Positions 36,670 to 51,298 are shown, counted from the first letter of the whole stretch. The stretch is 63,588 nucleotides of DNA, filler included, from Octopus bimaculoides (GCF_001194135.2; 11 parts of 10 records of this genome joined end to end with filler, not necessarily neighbours in it); one strand, 5' to 3'. Numbers and translations are program-made. Notes: generated by a model from the letters alone, not told the origin.

Positions 36670-36940
36670 CTTACCATATTTCTGATGAAATACATTCCTT
36701 TTATTTCAGTTAAAATTTTTGAATAATTAAGAATTAAAATAACATTAATGTATGGAACTTAATTAACATGAAATTTTGATAGGTTTTTAATTTAGATCAC
36801 TTTAACTTACCATTATTTCTGATGAGATACACTGACTTTCTTTCAATTATTTTTGAAAATAATGAAGAATTTAATAAAATAATTTATTATTAAGGTAATG
36901 TTTGGAACTTAAATTAACATGAAATTTTGATGGAAGGTTT
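36670..36940 (+). repeat. About two tandem units (~135 bp) of the AT-rich repeat just downstream of TP53RK
   Basis: TTACCAT..TTTCTGATGA.ATACA..GGAACTT..ATTAACATGAAATTTTGAT occurs twice. Confidence 0.75.
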
Positions 36941-38152
36941 TAACAGCAAGTCTGTGTCATGGGACCCAGAGGTGACCTCAGATGAATTGATACCCATAGG
37001 GTTAATGCTATTTTTGTCCTATTTTTTTGTTATTTCTTACTTGAAAGGGAAAAAAATTTTCTTTGGGTTCTCTTTGTTGTGTATATCCAAGTTAATAGAA
37101 AAGAGTGAGAATTCTGCTTAATTCTTTTCTCTTCCATTTAATCAGCAGTTGAATTGTTATATCTACAGTACCATGTGATTCCATCATCATCATTGTTTTA
37201 ACTTAGATTTTTTCAAGCTTGCATGAAGTAGTTGGAATTGGTGAAGATAGATTTCTTCAAGCCAGATGCCTTTTCTATTGCCTACCTTCTCCTGTTTCCA
37301 AGCAACATATTTTTCCTATGGATAGTCGTGATTTCAGGGTACATTAGAAATGAAGGATACGACTTGTATGATAATGCTGCTCATTTATGATTATCACAAT
37401 GTCAAGACAAGGAGACACAAATAACCAACCACCCCACTTAGTTGATCTAAAGCTATAATAGGAGACACTTGCCCAGAGTGTCACACATTGGAGACTGAAC
37501 CTGAAACCATGTGGTTGAGAAATGAACAGGTATGGTCACATGCCCATACCTGTGTTCATTTGTATGTTTTTTGTTTTTTTTACAGTTAATTTTACATAAC
37601 AGTATTAATACTGAGAAATAATATTTATCCCCACTTAAATGTGGATGGTCTGTTAGAACAAATTATACCATGGTAGATGTCATAAAAGAAACTCTCATAT
37701 AGGCTTTTGGTACACTCTTGTTTACGTCACTAGTGGGGAAATATATTCCCGCCAGATCACGTGGTTTCCACCTTCTTTGATCTTGTCAATGATGGATGCG
37801 TGACCACTACAGGTAGCAGCATTTTGTCTCCACCAGCAATATAAAGAATAACAGTGCCAGAACAGGTGCTAGTCGCAATTAGCAAATGGACTTGTTAAGA
37901 AATATTTATTAGCAGCAGAGGCAGTATTAATACCAGGAGATAATATTTATCTTCACTAAATTGTGGATATTATGTTAGAACAAACTATACTGCAGTAGTT
38001 GCCATGATGATGACATAGACATTTATAATGTCTGTCATCATCCTCTTTTCTTTAGCCTTTTCCTATGCTGTTAGCTTTCTTAGATCATATTTTTATTATT
38101 AACTGTTTTGTTACCATATTTTTCTGTGGAAACTACTTTTGTTTCCATTAAA

Positions 38153-38466
38153 TCATCATCATCATCATCATCATCGTTTAATGTCCGCTTTCCATGCTAG
38201 CATGGGTTGGACGATTTGACTGAGGACTGGTGAAACCGGATGGCAACACCAGGCTCCAATCTAAATTTGGCAGAGTTTCTACAGCTGGATGCCCTTCCTA
38301 ACGCCAACCACTCAGAGAGTGTAGTAGGTGCTTTTACGTGTCACCCACACGAAGGCCAGTCAGGCGATACTGGTAACGGCCACACTCGAAATGGTGTCTT
38401 TTATGTGCCACCCGCACAAGAGCCAGTCCAGGGGCACTGGCAACGATCTCGCTCGAAAATCCTACG
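38153..38466 (-). mobile_element. Young RTE LINE 3' end
   Basis: Nearly identical to 10485-10790 and 63363-63588; truncated by the contig end. Confidence 0.9.
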
Positions 38467-38747
38467 NNNNNNNNNNNNNNNNNNNNNNNNNNNNNNNNNN
38501 NNNNNNNNNNTTAATTAATTAANNNNNNNNNNNNNNNNNNNNNNNNNNNNNNNNNNNNNNNNNNNNACCACCACCATCACCACAACAACAACAGTAGGAG
38601 CAACAGCAGCAGCAGCAACAGCAACAACAACAACAACAATAACAACACCGCCAAGATCAGCGACATCAGCATCGACAACAAACAACACCATTTAACAATA
38701 ACAACAACATAATTATCATCATTATCATCATCATCGTCTTCATCATC

Positions 38748-38787
<40 letters not shown>

Positions 38788-39575
38788 GCACCTTCACTAT
38801 CAAGAGCCCCCAGACAAGAAAACATCACACTGAAGCTGTTGAAAATTTGATTTCTCTTCATTGAAAGACTCCATTTTTTGTTTTGTTTTTTGTTCTTAGA
38901 TAAAAGTTTCTGTTTTTCATCATTTTTTTTGTTTTTTTTTGTTTTTCTTGTGATGACGTCAGTTTATAAAACGGTTTTGCAACAACAAGAGCAACAACAA
39001 CAGTGATAACAACAACAATAACAATGTTCAATTTTCTTTTTTTTTTTTGTTATTGTCCTGAAATTTTAGGGCATGGGGCTAATAATTTCTTATTTCTTTT
39101 TTATTTCTTTATTGCCCACAAGGGGCTAAACACAGAGGGGACAAACAAGGACAGACAAATGGATTAANNNNNNNNNNNNNNNNNNNNNNNNNNNNNNNNN
39201 NNNNNNNNNNNNNNNNNNNNNNNNNNNNNNNNNNNNNNNNNNNNNNNNNNNNNNNNNNNNNNNNNNNNNNNNNNNNNNNNNNNNNNNNNNNNNNNNNNNN
39301 NNNNNNNNNNNNNNNNNNNNNNNNNNNNNNNNNNNNNNNNNNNNNNNNNNNNNNNNNNNNNNNNNNNNNNNNNNNNNNNNNNNNNNNNNNNNNNNNNNNN
39401 NNNNNNNNNNNNNNNNNNNNNNNNNNNNNNNNNNNNNNNNNNNNNNNNNNNNNNNNNNNNNNNNNNNNNNNNNNNNNNNNNNNNNNNNNNNNNNNNNNNN
39501 NNNNNNNNNNNNNNNNNNNNNNNNNNNNNNNNNNNNNNNNNNNNNNNNNNNNNNNNNNNNNNNNNNNNNNNNNNN

Positions 39576-39755
39576 NGGCCTCACCTGCGAGGTCATGCAT
39601 TGTTTATCTTGATATGAGATCACCATGTCGCGCACATATGGTTGTGATGCATGTGCCTGGTGTACCCTTATCAGACGGGTAGTCATGATGGGTATACTGG
39701 GCTTCGTATATTTTACCCCAGTGTCACTTTGATGGCATGCACTGCTCTCTCACTC

Positions 39756-39810
<55 letters not shown>
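39576..39810 (+). mobile_element. Probable retroposon 3' end with (AAT)n tail
   Basis: GC-richer body ending CTCTCACTC(AAT)n of about 17 units; family not assigned. Confidence 0.5.
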
Positions 39811-42243
39811 GTTCTTAATATAGGTGCAAGGCCAGTAGTAACGAGGTGGGGGTAGGATGCTTGTGGATGACATCTATCCTAATACTTTCCTGTTATTTTA
39901 TTTTATTGAGCCCCTAGGCCGGCAGTATTGGGAAACGGGATTGCGTTAGTGGATACTTTCGACCCCAGCCACCTCCTTTAGCCCAGCAGTATTGAATGGG
40001 GATGTTAGAGGATAACATCGGCTCCCTTACTTGACTGGTATTTTATTATATCGACCCCGAAAATAATTAATAAAAGACAAAGTTAGCCTTGGCGAGATTT
40101 GAACTTATAGAGTAGTGATTCAATTCAAATAAAAACTGTGTGGCATTATACTCAAAAGTTTTTTAAAAAATGAAGAAAATCAGGCGAGAAAAAAAAGGAA
40201 GCGGTAAAAATAAGTTTAAATATGGAGACATACAGGCATATAAAGTGAAGAGTAAACTTTGAATTGTAGACAACGTAAAATAGCAGACGATATAAAGTAG
40301 CAGACGATACAGAATAAATATGGGGATATATTGGATTGTCAAATAAATTCGTTATATTTTTTTTTTATCCGAGGTACACCCCCAAAAGCGCTCAAGACAC
40401 GACCATTACCATATTTTCAGGCCGAATCTTGGATTACATTATCCAGTGTCTTTCTTTTCAAGATGGTAGATATATTTTAAGGGAGGTTTGGCTGCTATGT
40501 CTAGCAAGTGAAACAACTGCGTGCATTTCACCTAGTAGTTGTTTCTTACTGTTGCTTTTCAGCCACAGGTCAATTCTGACTCAGCTAAATTATAATCAAT
40601 GACATTTCAGCCATGACTATTCCCACCTTGGTAGGCGTAGCAAGCAAGGCTACATCATCAAATTTGTCCGTTTTCTAAGGTAAGTATTGTGGTATTTAAT
40701 CAGTTTTGACTACTATTTCAAGTATGGAAAGTGACTTGAGATACCAAGATGTTGAGTAACTGGGAAGAGGTACTCTGCTCTTATTTTTACTGTATGTGTA
40801 TGTGTCCCTGCGTGTGTACGTGTGTGTGAGTGTATATGTATGTATGTATGCCTGTGTATATGTGTGTGTTCGTGTGCATGTGTATGCATGTTTGCCAACG
40901 GATATATTTTATGTGTGCAACTAAGCTGCACACACTCACACACACACACACACACACGCACGCATATCTTCTTAATGAAAATGCCACTCATATTATAAAT
41001 ATATCGGCCAGAGCAACAGAAATAGGTTCATATCTTACTTTAGTGACCCACAAACACAAGAAGCATCTTGACAGCAGATGTCTACACAATTTGGGTAGAG
41101 AGCTAAACTTTTCATGTGTCAAGAGACTTTGCAGTATGGCTATGTGCACGTTATTTCTTATTTTCTTCAAGAGTATTAAAAATATTTGAGGCTGTTTATA
41201 ATTATCTGTCTGTCTCTATCTAAGAACATGTGGTGTTTCTTGCATGAATGCAAAGCATGCATTGTAGGATTAAAATATATACATGAATACAAAGAAGACA
41301 TCAAATTTTAATATAAAACTTTCATTTTTATGAGACATAGCTGGATAGAGGCTATGCGTATGTTATATATGTTACATGTATCTTATTTTAATTATATGGC
41401 GATGAAATTCAAAGTTTTGTAAATAAAATGGCTCTTTACACTTGCTCACACACTCAGACACATACTTACATGTCTTTGAAAAAACAACAATGTCAGTAAT
41501 ATTTCAACATATTCATCCCAACACCTGTTTCACTAATTCCAACATGATAAGATTCTGAAGAAGTATCTCAATAGCTCCTCACGCATATGTTGTGCCCACA
41601 CAATGTATAAGGTGCATTTTCTTGTAACACTTGCATTATTAAGATGTCTTTTACTCTACATGACCAAAAAGTCCTCTTTATAATATATATCTGCGTGTGT
41701 GTGTTTGCGTGTGTGTATGCATTATATACATCTGTGGGCGGGTGTATACATATGTGTATACACACATACATACTTATACTGTGTAAGTGAAACTTCGAAG
41801 TAATTGTCAACCTTTTCCTTGTAAAAACAAAATAATATTATTTTACTGAAATATATTGAGTGATCCTTCATTTTAATATCTGGCTGTTTTTACATAAAAT
41901 TTATATATAAAAACAAATAATACACATATACATGTATATGAGTGTGTATTATATGTACACACACGTGCGCGCGCACACACATATGCAAGCATACAATTGT
42001 GTAGACGGAATAAATTGATAAAACTGATAAGCAAGAACAGAAATAATGAAAGATGAATTGAATGAATCAAGCTTAATTCATTCCTACCCACCATCCTCTC
42101 ACATACATAAACACACACACACACACACACACACANNNNNNNNNNGCACACACACACACCGATGCACACACACACACCGATGCACACACACACACCGATG
42201 CACACGCACAAATGCTCACACATCAATACTAGACTTCATCGAA

Positions 42244-42375
42244 TCACGTGATGCGTTTCAGCGTTTGCGAATAAAAAGCCAATTTGTATTGTTTCTTTTG
42301 CAGACGATAAAACTACGTCATAATCTGTAACAAGTATCTCACATTTTGCCTCTAAATGGCGCCCGTACCGGAAAT
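42244..42375. promoter_or_regulatory. Promoter-like motif cluster
   Basis: E-box TCACGTGA (42244), CCAAT (42279), half-CRE TACGTCA (42314), YY1-like AAATGGCG (42354) and ETS-like ACCGGAAAT (42367) in CpG-containing unique sequence. Confidence 0.35.
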
Positions 42376-43385
42376 CACATCACAAAGATATCGTCTGTAT
42401 TTCTCTATTCGTTGAGACAAAGACTGGCTCCAAAGCAAAATTAATAATTTTTTGATAATATGTAAAGTTATACGCGAAGGTACGAGGTCCAGCAGTTAGG
42501 TGTGTTGATCTCACTTTACGATCATAAGGCCATGTAGTTTCGATTCCCAGATCAGGTGGTGCGCTTTGTTGTTGAACAAAACCTTTTTATTTTATTTTGA
42601 TTTGTTTACTCAGATGAAAATGAGTTGTAGTAATAACAGGGAGTTAACCCTTAGATAGGCTAGCATTCTGTACAGAAAAATGAAATATTGTAGTCTCAGT
42701 CATTTTCGATGTTTTATAGATCCTGTGGAAATCGGGATAAGCTATGCTTTTAGGGGGCCTGTTGACTAGGGACAGACCTCATTCAATGTAACACAGTCAT
42801 GGGCAAACTGAATTCAACACAGTTATGGGCTTTATGAGATATAGCTGGATAGAGGCTATGTGTATACTATTAACGAAAAGATATCTTGAATATTTATATA
42901 TATATTTATATATATATTTATATAAAAGTTCAATTTGAGGTTAAATAAGTCACATTTAATGATAGTAACATCCAATGAATTTACTGGTTTCTTAACTACT
43001 ATTTATTTTGAATATTAGATTTAATATTAACACATAAAATATTATCAGATAAAAATATAAAAATTTAATGGTATATTTTTTCTACCTCCGACTAGATTCA
43101 ACTTTAATTATTTTAATTAATTTTTAAAGTCTGAATCGAAACAGCAGTCAGAGAGTATGTCTATTTTTGTAATTAATAAATATAATTATTAATTCGTTTA
43201 TCTCTATTTTCTTATTTTTCTTATATATTAATATATGTATAAACAAACTCGCACACGCAAACATACACACTGCTCTCTCTCTCCTCTTTCTCTTTCTCTT
43301 TCTCTTTCTCTCTCTCAGTATATATGATATATGTATATATATATATATATATGCATGTTTATACATACATATGTGTACATATATG

Positions 43386-43443
<58 letters not shown>

Positions 43444-43495
43444 NNNNNNNNNNNNNNNNNNNNNNNNNATATATATATTTATATATATAAATAAT

Positions 43496-43542
<47 letters not shown>

Positions 43543-43759
43543 CATGACATACGTTCATACACATATATACATATATATATATATATACATTTATATACAC
43601 ATATGTGTATATGTGTTGCGTGCGTATGTATAGCTAGTAAATGAAAGGTAGAAGTACTCAATACAAATGAAAAGTTTAACAAGCCACGGAATCAGCTTAT
43701 ATAAAATTTCATTCTATCCCTCTCCATATAGATGCATCTATATACACGTGTACGTGTGC

Positions 43760-43801
<42 letters not shown>

Positions 43802-44574
43802 GAGACAGAGAGAGTGTGTGTGTGTGTGTTAGTGTGTGTGTGTGTTAGTGTGTGTGTGTGTGTGTGTGTGTTAGTGTGTGTGTGTGTTAGTGTGTGTGTT
43901 AGTGTGTGTGTGTGTGTGTGTGTGTGCTGCACAGTATTTTGTCACTTAAATCCAATCGGCGGAAATCGAGAACATCTATAGTAGATAATTGTTTTAGTGT
44001 GGCCATTTGATCTTTTTGTATATCCCAGAACTGCATACTCCAGCGTGTCCTATTCATTTATTTATATATATTTTCCAAGACGCTACAATTTAAATTGTGG
44101 AAGGTTTGGTTGCTATGTCTAGCAAGACGTTCAACCACATTGAAGCGCCATCGGTGGCCTGTCGCTCGTTAGTGTCTTTGGCGAGGTGGAACCGGTGCAG
44201 TTGGCAAGCTACACAGAATCTAGGCTTTCTAAACATTTCCCATGTGTGTTGTTTGTGATTAGAGAGTGATAAGACCACTACCGTTCATTCATGGAGTCCT
44301 CTTTATCTGCTTTGTTATACATACACAACAGATAACCATGCGTACATACATAGATAATTATATACATAGATTACATATGCATATATNNNNNNNNNNNNNN
44401 NNNNNNNNNNNNNNNNNNNNNNNNNNNNNNNNNNNNNNNNNNNNNNNNNNNNNNNNNNNNNNNNNNNNNNNNNNNNNNNNNNNNNNNNNNNNNNNNNNNN
44501 NNNNNNNNNNNNNNNNNNNNNNNNNNNNNNNNNNNNNNNNNNNNNNNNNNNNNNNNNNNNNNNNNNNNNNNNNN

Positions 44575-44605
<31 letters not shown>

Positions 44606-45907
44606 TATACACACATACACACATGTATACGTGCATGTAAGTATGTATGTATGTGTATATACATATATATATATATATGCATGCATATACACAAACATAA
44701 ATACATATATCAATGTATACATACATGTACGCTCACATATATGTGTATATATATGGCTGACATTAGTCTGTATTTGTGGGTGAGAGAGACAAAGAAAGAG
44801 AGATAGCTTTATAAATGTATATATGTACGTATATATATATATATATACAAACATGTATGCTTACATAAACATAGGTTTTTATACATACACACACGCGCGC
44901 GCACGCACACACACAAACACACACACACATATGCGTAGAAGGAAGACTACATTCAGCCACCATAATTTCTTTGCTGGGGATCTTCAGATCTCCACTGGTA
45001 ACACGTAAAATGATGAGAAACAAGTAGCTGGAAATGCTATCAACATTTTCAGCTGATAAAAGAATGGAATTTGGCCAAAGGAAACGTTCAGATTTGATTT
45101 TCCAAAGTGTGAAAACCATTTTCCAAGCAAAAATTCTTTACCTCAATGATCTTTCTAACTCCCTTGTTCCTCAGAAGCAGACCTAGACATATCTGGCAGA
45201 AAGTACTTTACTTTATAGCTACAATGATGCTGTATAATAATAAAAAAAAAAGATTGGCTTGGCTGTGTAGTTAAAAAGCTTACATCCCAACCGCACGGTC
45301 TTACGTACATTTCTATTACGCAACAGGTTCAGCAAGTGTATTTTACTATGGCCCTGAATTGAACTCACGACCTTACGATCGTGAGCCAATTGCCCTAACC
45401 ACTAAGCCACGTGCTTCTNNNNNNNNNNNNNNNNNNNNNNNNNNNNNNNNNNNNNNNNNNNNTTAATTAATTAANNNNNNNNNNNNNNNNNNNNNNNNNN
45501 NNNNNNNNNNNNNNNNNNAAAATGGTAAACAAGGTGCAACAAACAAGCAGGCCACATAGAAACATCCGGCGTTTCGAAGAATTAAGGCAATATATATGCT
45601 TATGTGTATATATATTTACACATGCGTTTTCTACGTGAAAGCCAGTCTGTGTTTGAGAGTAAATATAAGCATGTGTGTGTATGTGTTTGGGAGTTCGGGA
45701 AGGTGGTTGGCTAACAATCTCTCTGCAGTCATTCCTCTATATTTGTCTGTGAGTGTAGCTGTTTTGGGGTCACAACAGTCAGGAGACAGTATGCCATATT
45801 ACGAAAAAATAAGTAAAAAAAAACAAAAGCTATAGATTTTACTTCAACTTACATCTCTTGCATTCTTAAGCCAACCCCTCTCTCTGTGTTTGTTTCATTC
45901 CCCCTCC

Positions 45908-45939
<32 letters not shown>

Positions 45940-46539
45940 NNNNNNNNNNNNNNNNNNNNNNNNNNNNNNNNNNNNNNNNNNNNNNNNNNNNNNNNNNNNN
46001 NNNNNNNNNNNNNNNNNNNNNNNNNNNNNNNNNNNNNNNNNNNNNNNNNNNNNNNNNNNNNNNNNNNNNNNNNNNNNNNNNNNNNNNNNNNNNNNNNNNN
46101 NNNNNNNNNNNNNNNNNNNNNNNNNNNNNNNNNNNNNNNNNNNNNNNNNNNNNNNNNNNNNNNNNNNNNNNNNNNNNNNNNNNNNNNNNNNNNNNNNNNN
46201 NNNNNNNNNNNNNNNNNNNNNNNNNNNNNNNNNNNNNNNNNNNNNNNNNNNNNNNNNNNNNNNNNNNNNNNNNNNNNNNNNNNNNNNNNNNNNNNNNNNN
46301 NNNNNNNNNNNNNNNNNNNNNNNNNNNNNNNNNNNNNNNNNNNNNNNNNNNNNNNNNNNNNNNNNATTGGCCGCATTAGAATTCCTAGAATCATACTGAT
46401 TTTAAAAAAAAAGAACAGAGGGGTATTTACACTCAAACACGCACGCACACTCATAAACTTACACATATGCATGTATGTATGTATGTATGTATGTTTGTAT
46501 GTATGTATGTATGTATGTATGTGTGTATGTATGCATGTA

Positions 46540-46570
<31 letters not shown>

Positions 46571-46587
46571 GTATGTATGTATGTATG

Positions 46588-46626
<39 letters not shown>

Positions 46627-46629
46627 GTA

Positions 46630-46663
<34 letters not shown>

Positions 46664-49600
46664 CACAGGCTCACACGTATGCACGTATGTATGCATAGCC
46701 ATAACTACATGTCTATGTAATTATATATAGCTATATATTATATATATGCAAATATATATGTATATAAATATATCAATAGATACACCCACAGGCACATCTA
46801 TATATGTGTGTGTGTGTGTGAAGATGTATACACGCACAGACACACATAGAAATGTGGCGTTGAGAACCCCCTTTGATCATAATCTGACTTAATCAAATCT
46901 GATCCAACTCTTACAACAATCGTCATACTAATGTTATGGGAAGCCACAACGTGGTGATTTATGCTGCTAGAAATAGGTGAGAAATCGCCTTGAAATTTAC
47001 TGCCTAAGAGAAAGGAAGCAAGATGTTCACATGTAGCGTTATATTCCCCCTAAATTTACAGGATGGTCATAGTTGAAGTGCCTTTAGACATTAGATTCTC
47101 AATCAACTGTTGCCCCATGATTTCACATAACAACAACAACAGCAGCAGCAGCAGCAGCAGCAGAAGCAGCAGCAGCAACAACAGTAACAACATGACTACA
47201 CTGGCCAACAAGGGTAGGTCCCTTCTGTGGTAGCTGGGCGTGCTAGATCAAGCAGCTGAATGTCTCATGATTTAGCAAAACAGTGTTTTAATCACCCCGA
47301 TAACAAATGAATATATTTGATTGCTTGACGGGATGGCCACGGCGTCAACGCTCTAGATGATATCTCAAACATATGACAACAACAAAAACAACATCCACAA
47401 AGAACCACGACAGCATCACACCCAACGTTAATTTAACTACATCCAACACAAGCGACACCACCACAACCACTACAAACACAACAGCCCCCTCCCACAATTT
47501 CTTTATACCTCCTCCTTACTACTCATGCTATCCCTCTCCTTACTGACTCACCCTCTACCATATGCCGAAGCACCCTCCTATATTTACATCTATTCATATT
47601 ACATTTTTCTTAAAGTTTTATATTTATTTCATATTATATATAATTATTACTGTCTTTATTTTACTTTCTCCCTTTGATCATAATTTTACGTTATTTAAAT
47701 GTCCTATGCATACATACGTACATACATACATAGATACATGCATACATACATACAGGCATACATACATATATACACACACAAAGACCCCCAACAATCACAC
47801 CCACACATATACAAATNNNNNNNNNNNNNNNNNNNNNNNNNNNNNNNNNNNNNNNNNNNNNNNNNNNNNNNNNNNNNNNNNNNNNNNNNNNNNNNNNNNN
47901 NNNNNNNNNNNNNNNNNNNNNNNNNNNNNNNNNNNNNNNNNNNNNNNNNNNNNNNNNNNNNNNNNNNNNNNNNNNNNNNNNNNNNNNNNNNNNNNNNNNN
48001 NNNNNNNNNNNNNNNNNNNNNNNNNNNNNNNNNNNNNNNNNNNNNNNNNNNNNNNNNNNNNNNNNNNNNNNNNNNNNNNNNNNNNNNNNNNNNNNNNNNN
48101 NNNNNNNNNNNNNNNNNNNNNNNNNNNNNNNNNNNNNNNNNNNNNNNNNNNNNNNNNNNNNNNNNNNNNNNNNNNNNNNNNNNNNNNNNNNNNNNNNNNN
48201 NNNNNNNNNNNNNNNNNNNNNNNNNNNNNNNNNNNNNNNNNNNNNNNNNNNNNNNNNNNNNNNNNNNNNNNNNNNNNNNNNNNNNNNNNNNNNNNNNNNN
48301 NNNNNNNNNNNNNNNNNNNNNNNNNNNNNNNNNNNNNNNNNNNNNNNNNNNNNNNNNNNNNNNNNNNNNNNNNNNNNNNNNNNNNNNNNNNNNNNNNNNN
48401 NNNNNNNNNNNNNNNNNNNNNNNNNNNNNNNNNNNNNNNNNNNNNNNNNNNNNNNNNNNNNNNNNNNNNNNNNNNNNNNNNNNNNNNNNNNNNNNNNNNN
48501 NNNNNNNNNNNNNNNNNNNNNNNNNNNNNNNNNNNNNNNNNNNNNNNNNNNNNNNNNNNNNNNNNNNNNNNNNNNNNNNNNNNNNNNNNNNNNNNNNNNN
48601 NNNNNNNNNNNNNNNNNNNNNNNNNNNNNNNNNNNNNNNNNNNNNNNNNNNNNNATATATATATGTAAATATCTGTGTATAAATACGTATGAAAGCATAT
48701 ACATGTGTATGGGGGTATATATATATATATATATACATACATATATACACACACAAAGACCCCCAACAATCACACCCACACATATACAAATACATACATA
48801 CATACATATATAAATATGGTTATTTATATTCCATAATTTCTCGGATTCATGGTATGCTTACATGCTAGATGGTTATCTTATCTAATATCTTGCGTTCTGG
48901 CTGCCTTTATATTTGTGAATATTTCTCCCTTTATGCCGTTTCAATCGCGACTCTTATTCCCCGTATGAAGTTATGCATGTATATATATATATATATGTAT
49001 AGATGTACATATGTGTGTGTGAGCGTGAGCAGGTATGGGTGTGTATATATATATATCTATAGTTGTGAACACGTCTGGTGTGAATGTGGGTGGGTATAAT
49101 ATATATACATACATATATATTTATTTATGTGTGTACATATATGTATATATATATTTATTTATGTATGTACATATANNNNNNNNNNNNNNNNNNNNNNNNN
49201 NNNNNNNNNNNNNNNNNNNTTAATTAATTAANNNNNNNNNNNNNNNNNNNNNNNNNNNNNNNNNNNNNNNNNNNNATATATATATATATAGTGACTAGAC
49301 AATGATTCCTCAACTAGATCGTCACGGCTGGAACATCTTTCATCATTGGTGTGCCTTCTCGACCGGAAGTTGAGTAAGAGATTAATAAAAACAATTCTCC
49401 AATTGGGTTGTCACATCTGGAGCGCCTTTCATAATAGTTATGCCTTCTCGACCAAGAGTTGACCTAGAGATCAAAGAACATCACCACAATTGGATAGCCA
49501 CGGCCGGAACATATTTCAGCATAGAAATTGGCCTACATAGTAAACATAAACTCTCCGACTCGATGGTCACGACTGGAACTTCTTTCATCTGGACACGCTT

Positions 49601-49877
49601 CTGCTCAACCTGAACCTGACCTGTATGCAGGCTCATTACACCTCCAACACCAACACTACTACCACTACCACTAACAACAACAACACCAACGACAAAATGG
49701 TTGCATTAGGTTATTTGTTGCTTAACCATTATAAATTCTAAACTGTTAAGATAAAATAACCACTTAACTACTTCGAGAAGAGCTGAAAAAAATTAATAGT
49801 TTCGAGTGTTTACAATTAATCAGCTAAGTGGCGAAGTGATTCTAACATAGTTCACTTCAAAAACAAATTTCTCCCAT

Positions 49878-49933
<56 letters not shown>

Positions 49934-50479
49934 NNNNNNNNNNNNNNNNNNNNNNNNNNNNNNNNNNNNNNNNNNNNNNNNNNNNNNNNNNNNNNNNNNN
50001 NNNNNNNNNNNNNNNNNNNNNNNNNNNNNNNNNNNNNNNNNNNNNNNNNNNNNNNNNNNNNNNNNNNNNNNNNNNNNNNNNNNNNNNNNNNNNNNNNNNN
50101 NNNNNNNNNNNNNNNNNNNNNNNNNNNNNNNNNNNNNNNNNNNNNNNNNNNNNNNNNNNNNNNNNNNNNNNNNNNNNNNNNNNNNNNNNNNNNNNNNNNN
50201 NNNNNNNNNNNNNNNNNNNNNNNNNNNNNNNNNNNNNNNNNNNNNNNNNNNNNNNNNNNNNNNNNNNNNNNNNNNNNNNNNNNNNNNNNNNNNNNNNNNN
50301 NNNNNNNNNNNNNNNNNNNNNNNNNNNNNNNNNNNNNNNNNNNNNNNNNNNNNNNNNNNNNNNNNNNNNNNNNNNNNNNNNNNNNNNNNNNNNNNNNNNN
50401 NNNNNNNNNNNNNNNNNNNNNNNNNNNNNNNNNNNNNNNNNNNNNNTATATATATTACATATATATATCAACCTGTCAA

Positions 50480-50879
50480 TTTATCCAGCTGTCTATTTCG
50501 TATTACTCTCTCCCTTTCGCTGTCTATTTCCGTTTCTCTTCCCCCCTCTCTCTCTATCTTTATCTCTGTCTCTATTCCTTTTTCTCTCTATATCTATTTA
50601 TCTCGCTATCTTTATCTTTCTCTCTTCCTCTATTTATCTCTCTCACACTTCCTCTCTCTCTCTCTCTCTCTCTCTCCCTATCTCTTTCTCCCTCTCTCTC
50701 TCTCTCTCTCTTTCCCCCTATCTCTGTCTCTATTTCTCTTATTTGATATCTATTTATCTCACTATCTCTATTTTTCTCTCTCCCTCTCTGTCTTTGTCTC
50801 TATTCCTTTTTCTCTATATATCTATTTATCTCGCTATCTTTATCTTTCACTCTTCCTCCATTTATCTCTCTCACACTTC

Positions 50880-50914
<35 letters not shown>

Positions 50915-51010
50915 CTGTCTTTTTCTATCCCGTTTCTGTCTCTCTCTATCTCTTTATCTATCTCTTTCTTTCTCTATCTCTTTATCTCTCTCACACTTCC
51001 TCTCTCTGTA

Positions 51011-51057
<47 letters not shown>

Positions 51058-51120
51058 TTTTCTTTCTCCCCCCTCTCTCTCTCTCTCTCTTTCCCACTCT
51101 CGCCCTCTCCCTCCTTCAAA
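50480..51120. repeat. Long CT/GA polypyrimidine-polypurine tract with internal duplications
   Basis: Almost entirely C/T on +; the unit CTCTATTCCTTTTTCTCT..TATCTATTTATCTCGCTATCTTTATCTTTC occurs twice. Confidence 0.85.
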
Positions 51121-51183
51121 CGGTAAAAATAATACTTGCAAAAGCTTGTAGCAGTATAAAAATTCCGTTGGCTTTCATGTAAG

Positions 51184-51298
51184 CCAATGCGTTGACGTCG
51201 AACGAACGAGTGGCGGGACGAGGCAGGGCGGTGAGAGGGGCGGAAGCCACCAGGAAGCTGTAGGACATTTCATTGGTGTCAGTTTATTTATAAATTGG
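51184..51298. promoter_or_regulatory. GC-rich Pol II promoter-like region
   Basis: CCAAT (51184), TGACGTC (51193), GC boxes (51212, 51226, 51237), CGGAAG and CAGGAAG ETS-like sites (51241, 51251), ATTGG (51272, 51294), TTTATAAA (51287). Confidence 0.55.

Noticed and set aside
38567-38860. Poly-Q/N/T-like coding stretch
   Set aside because: Stops occur in all plus frames; it is a compound CAA/CAG/CAT microsatellite.
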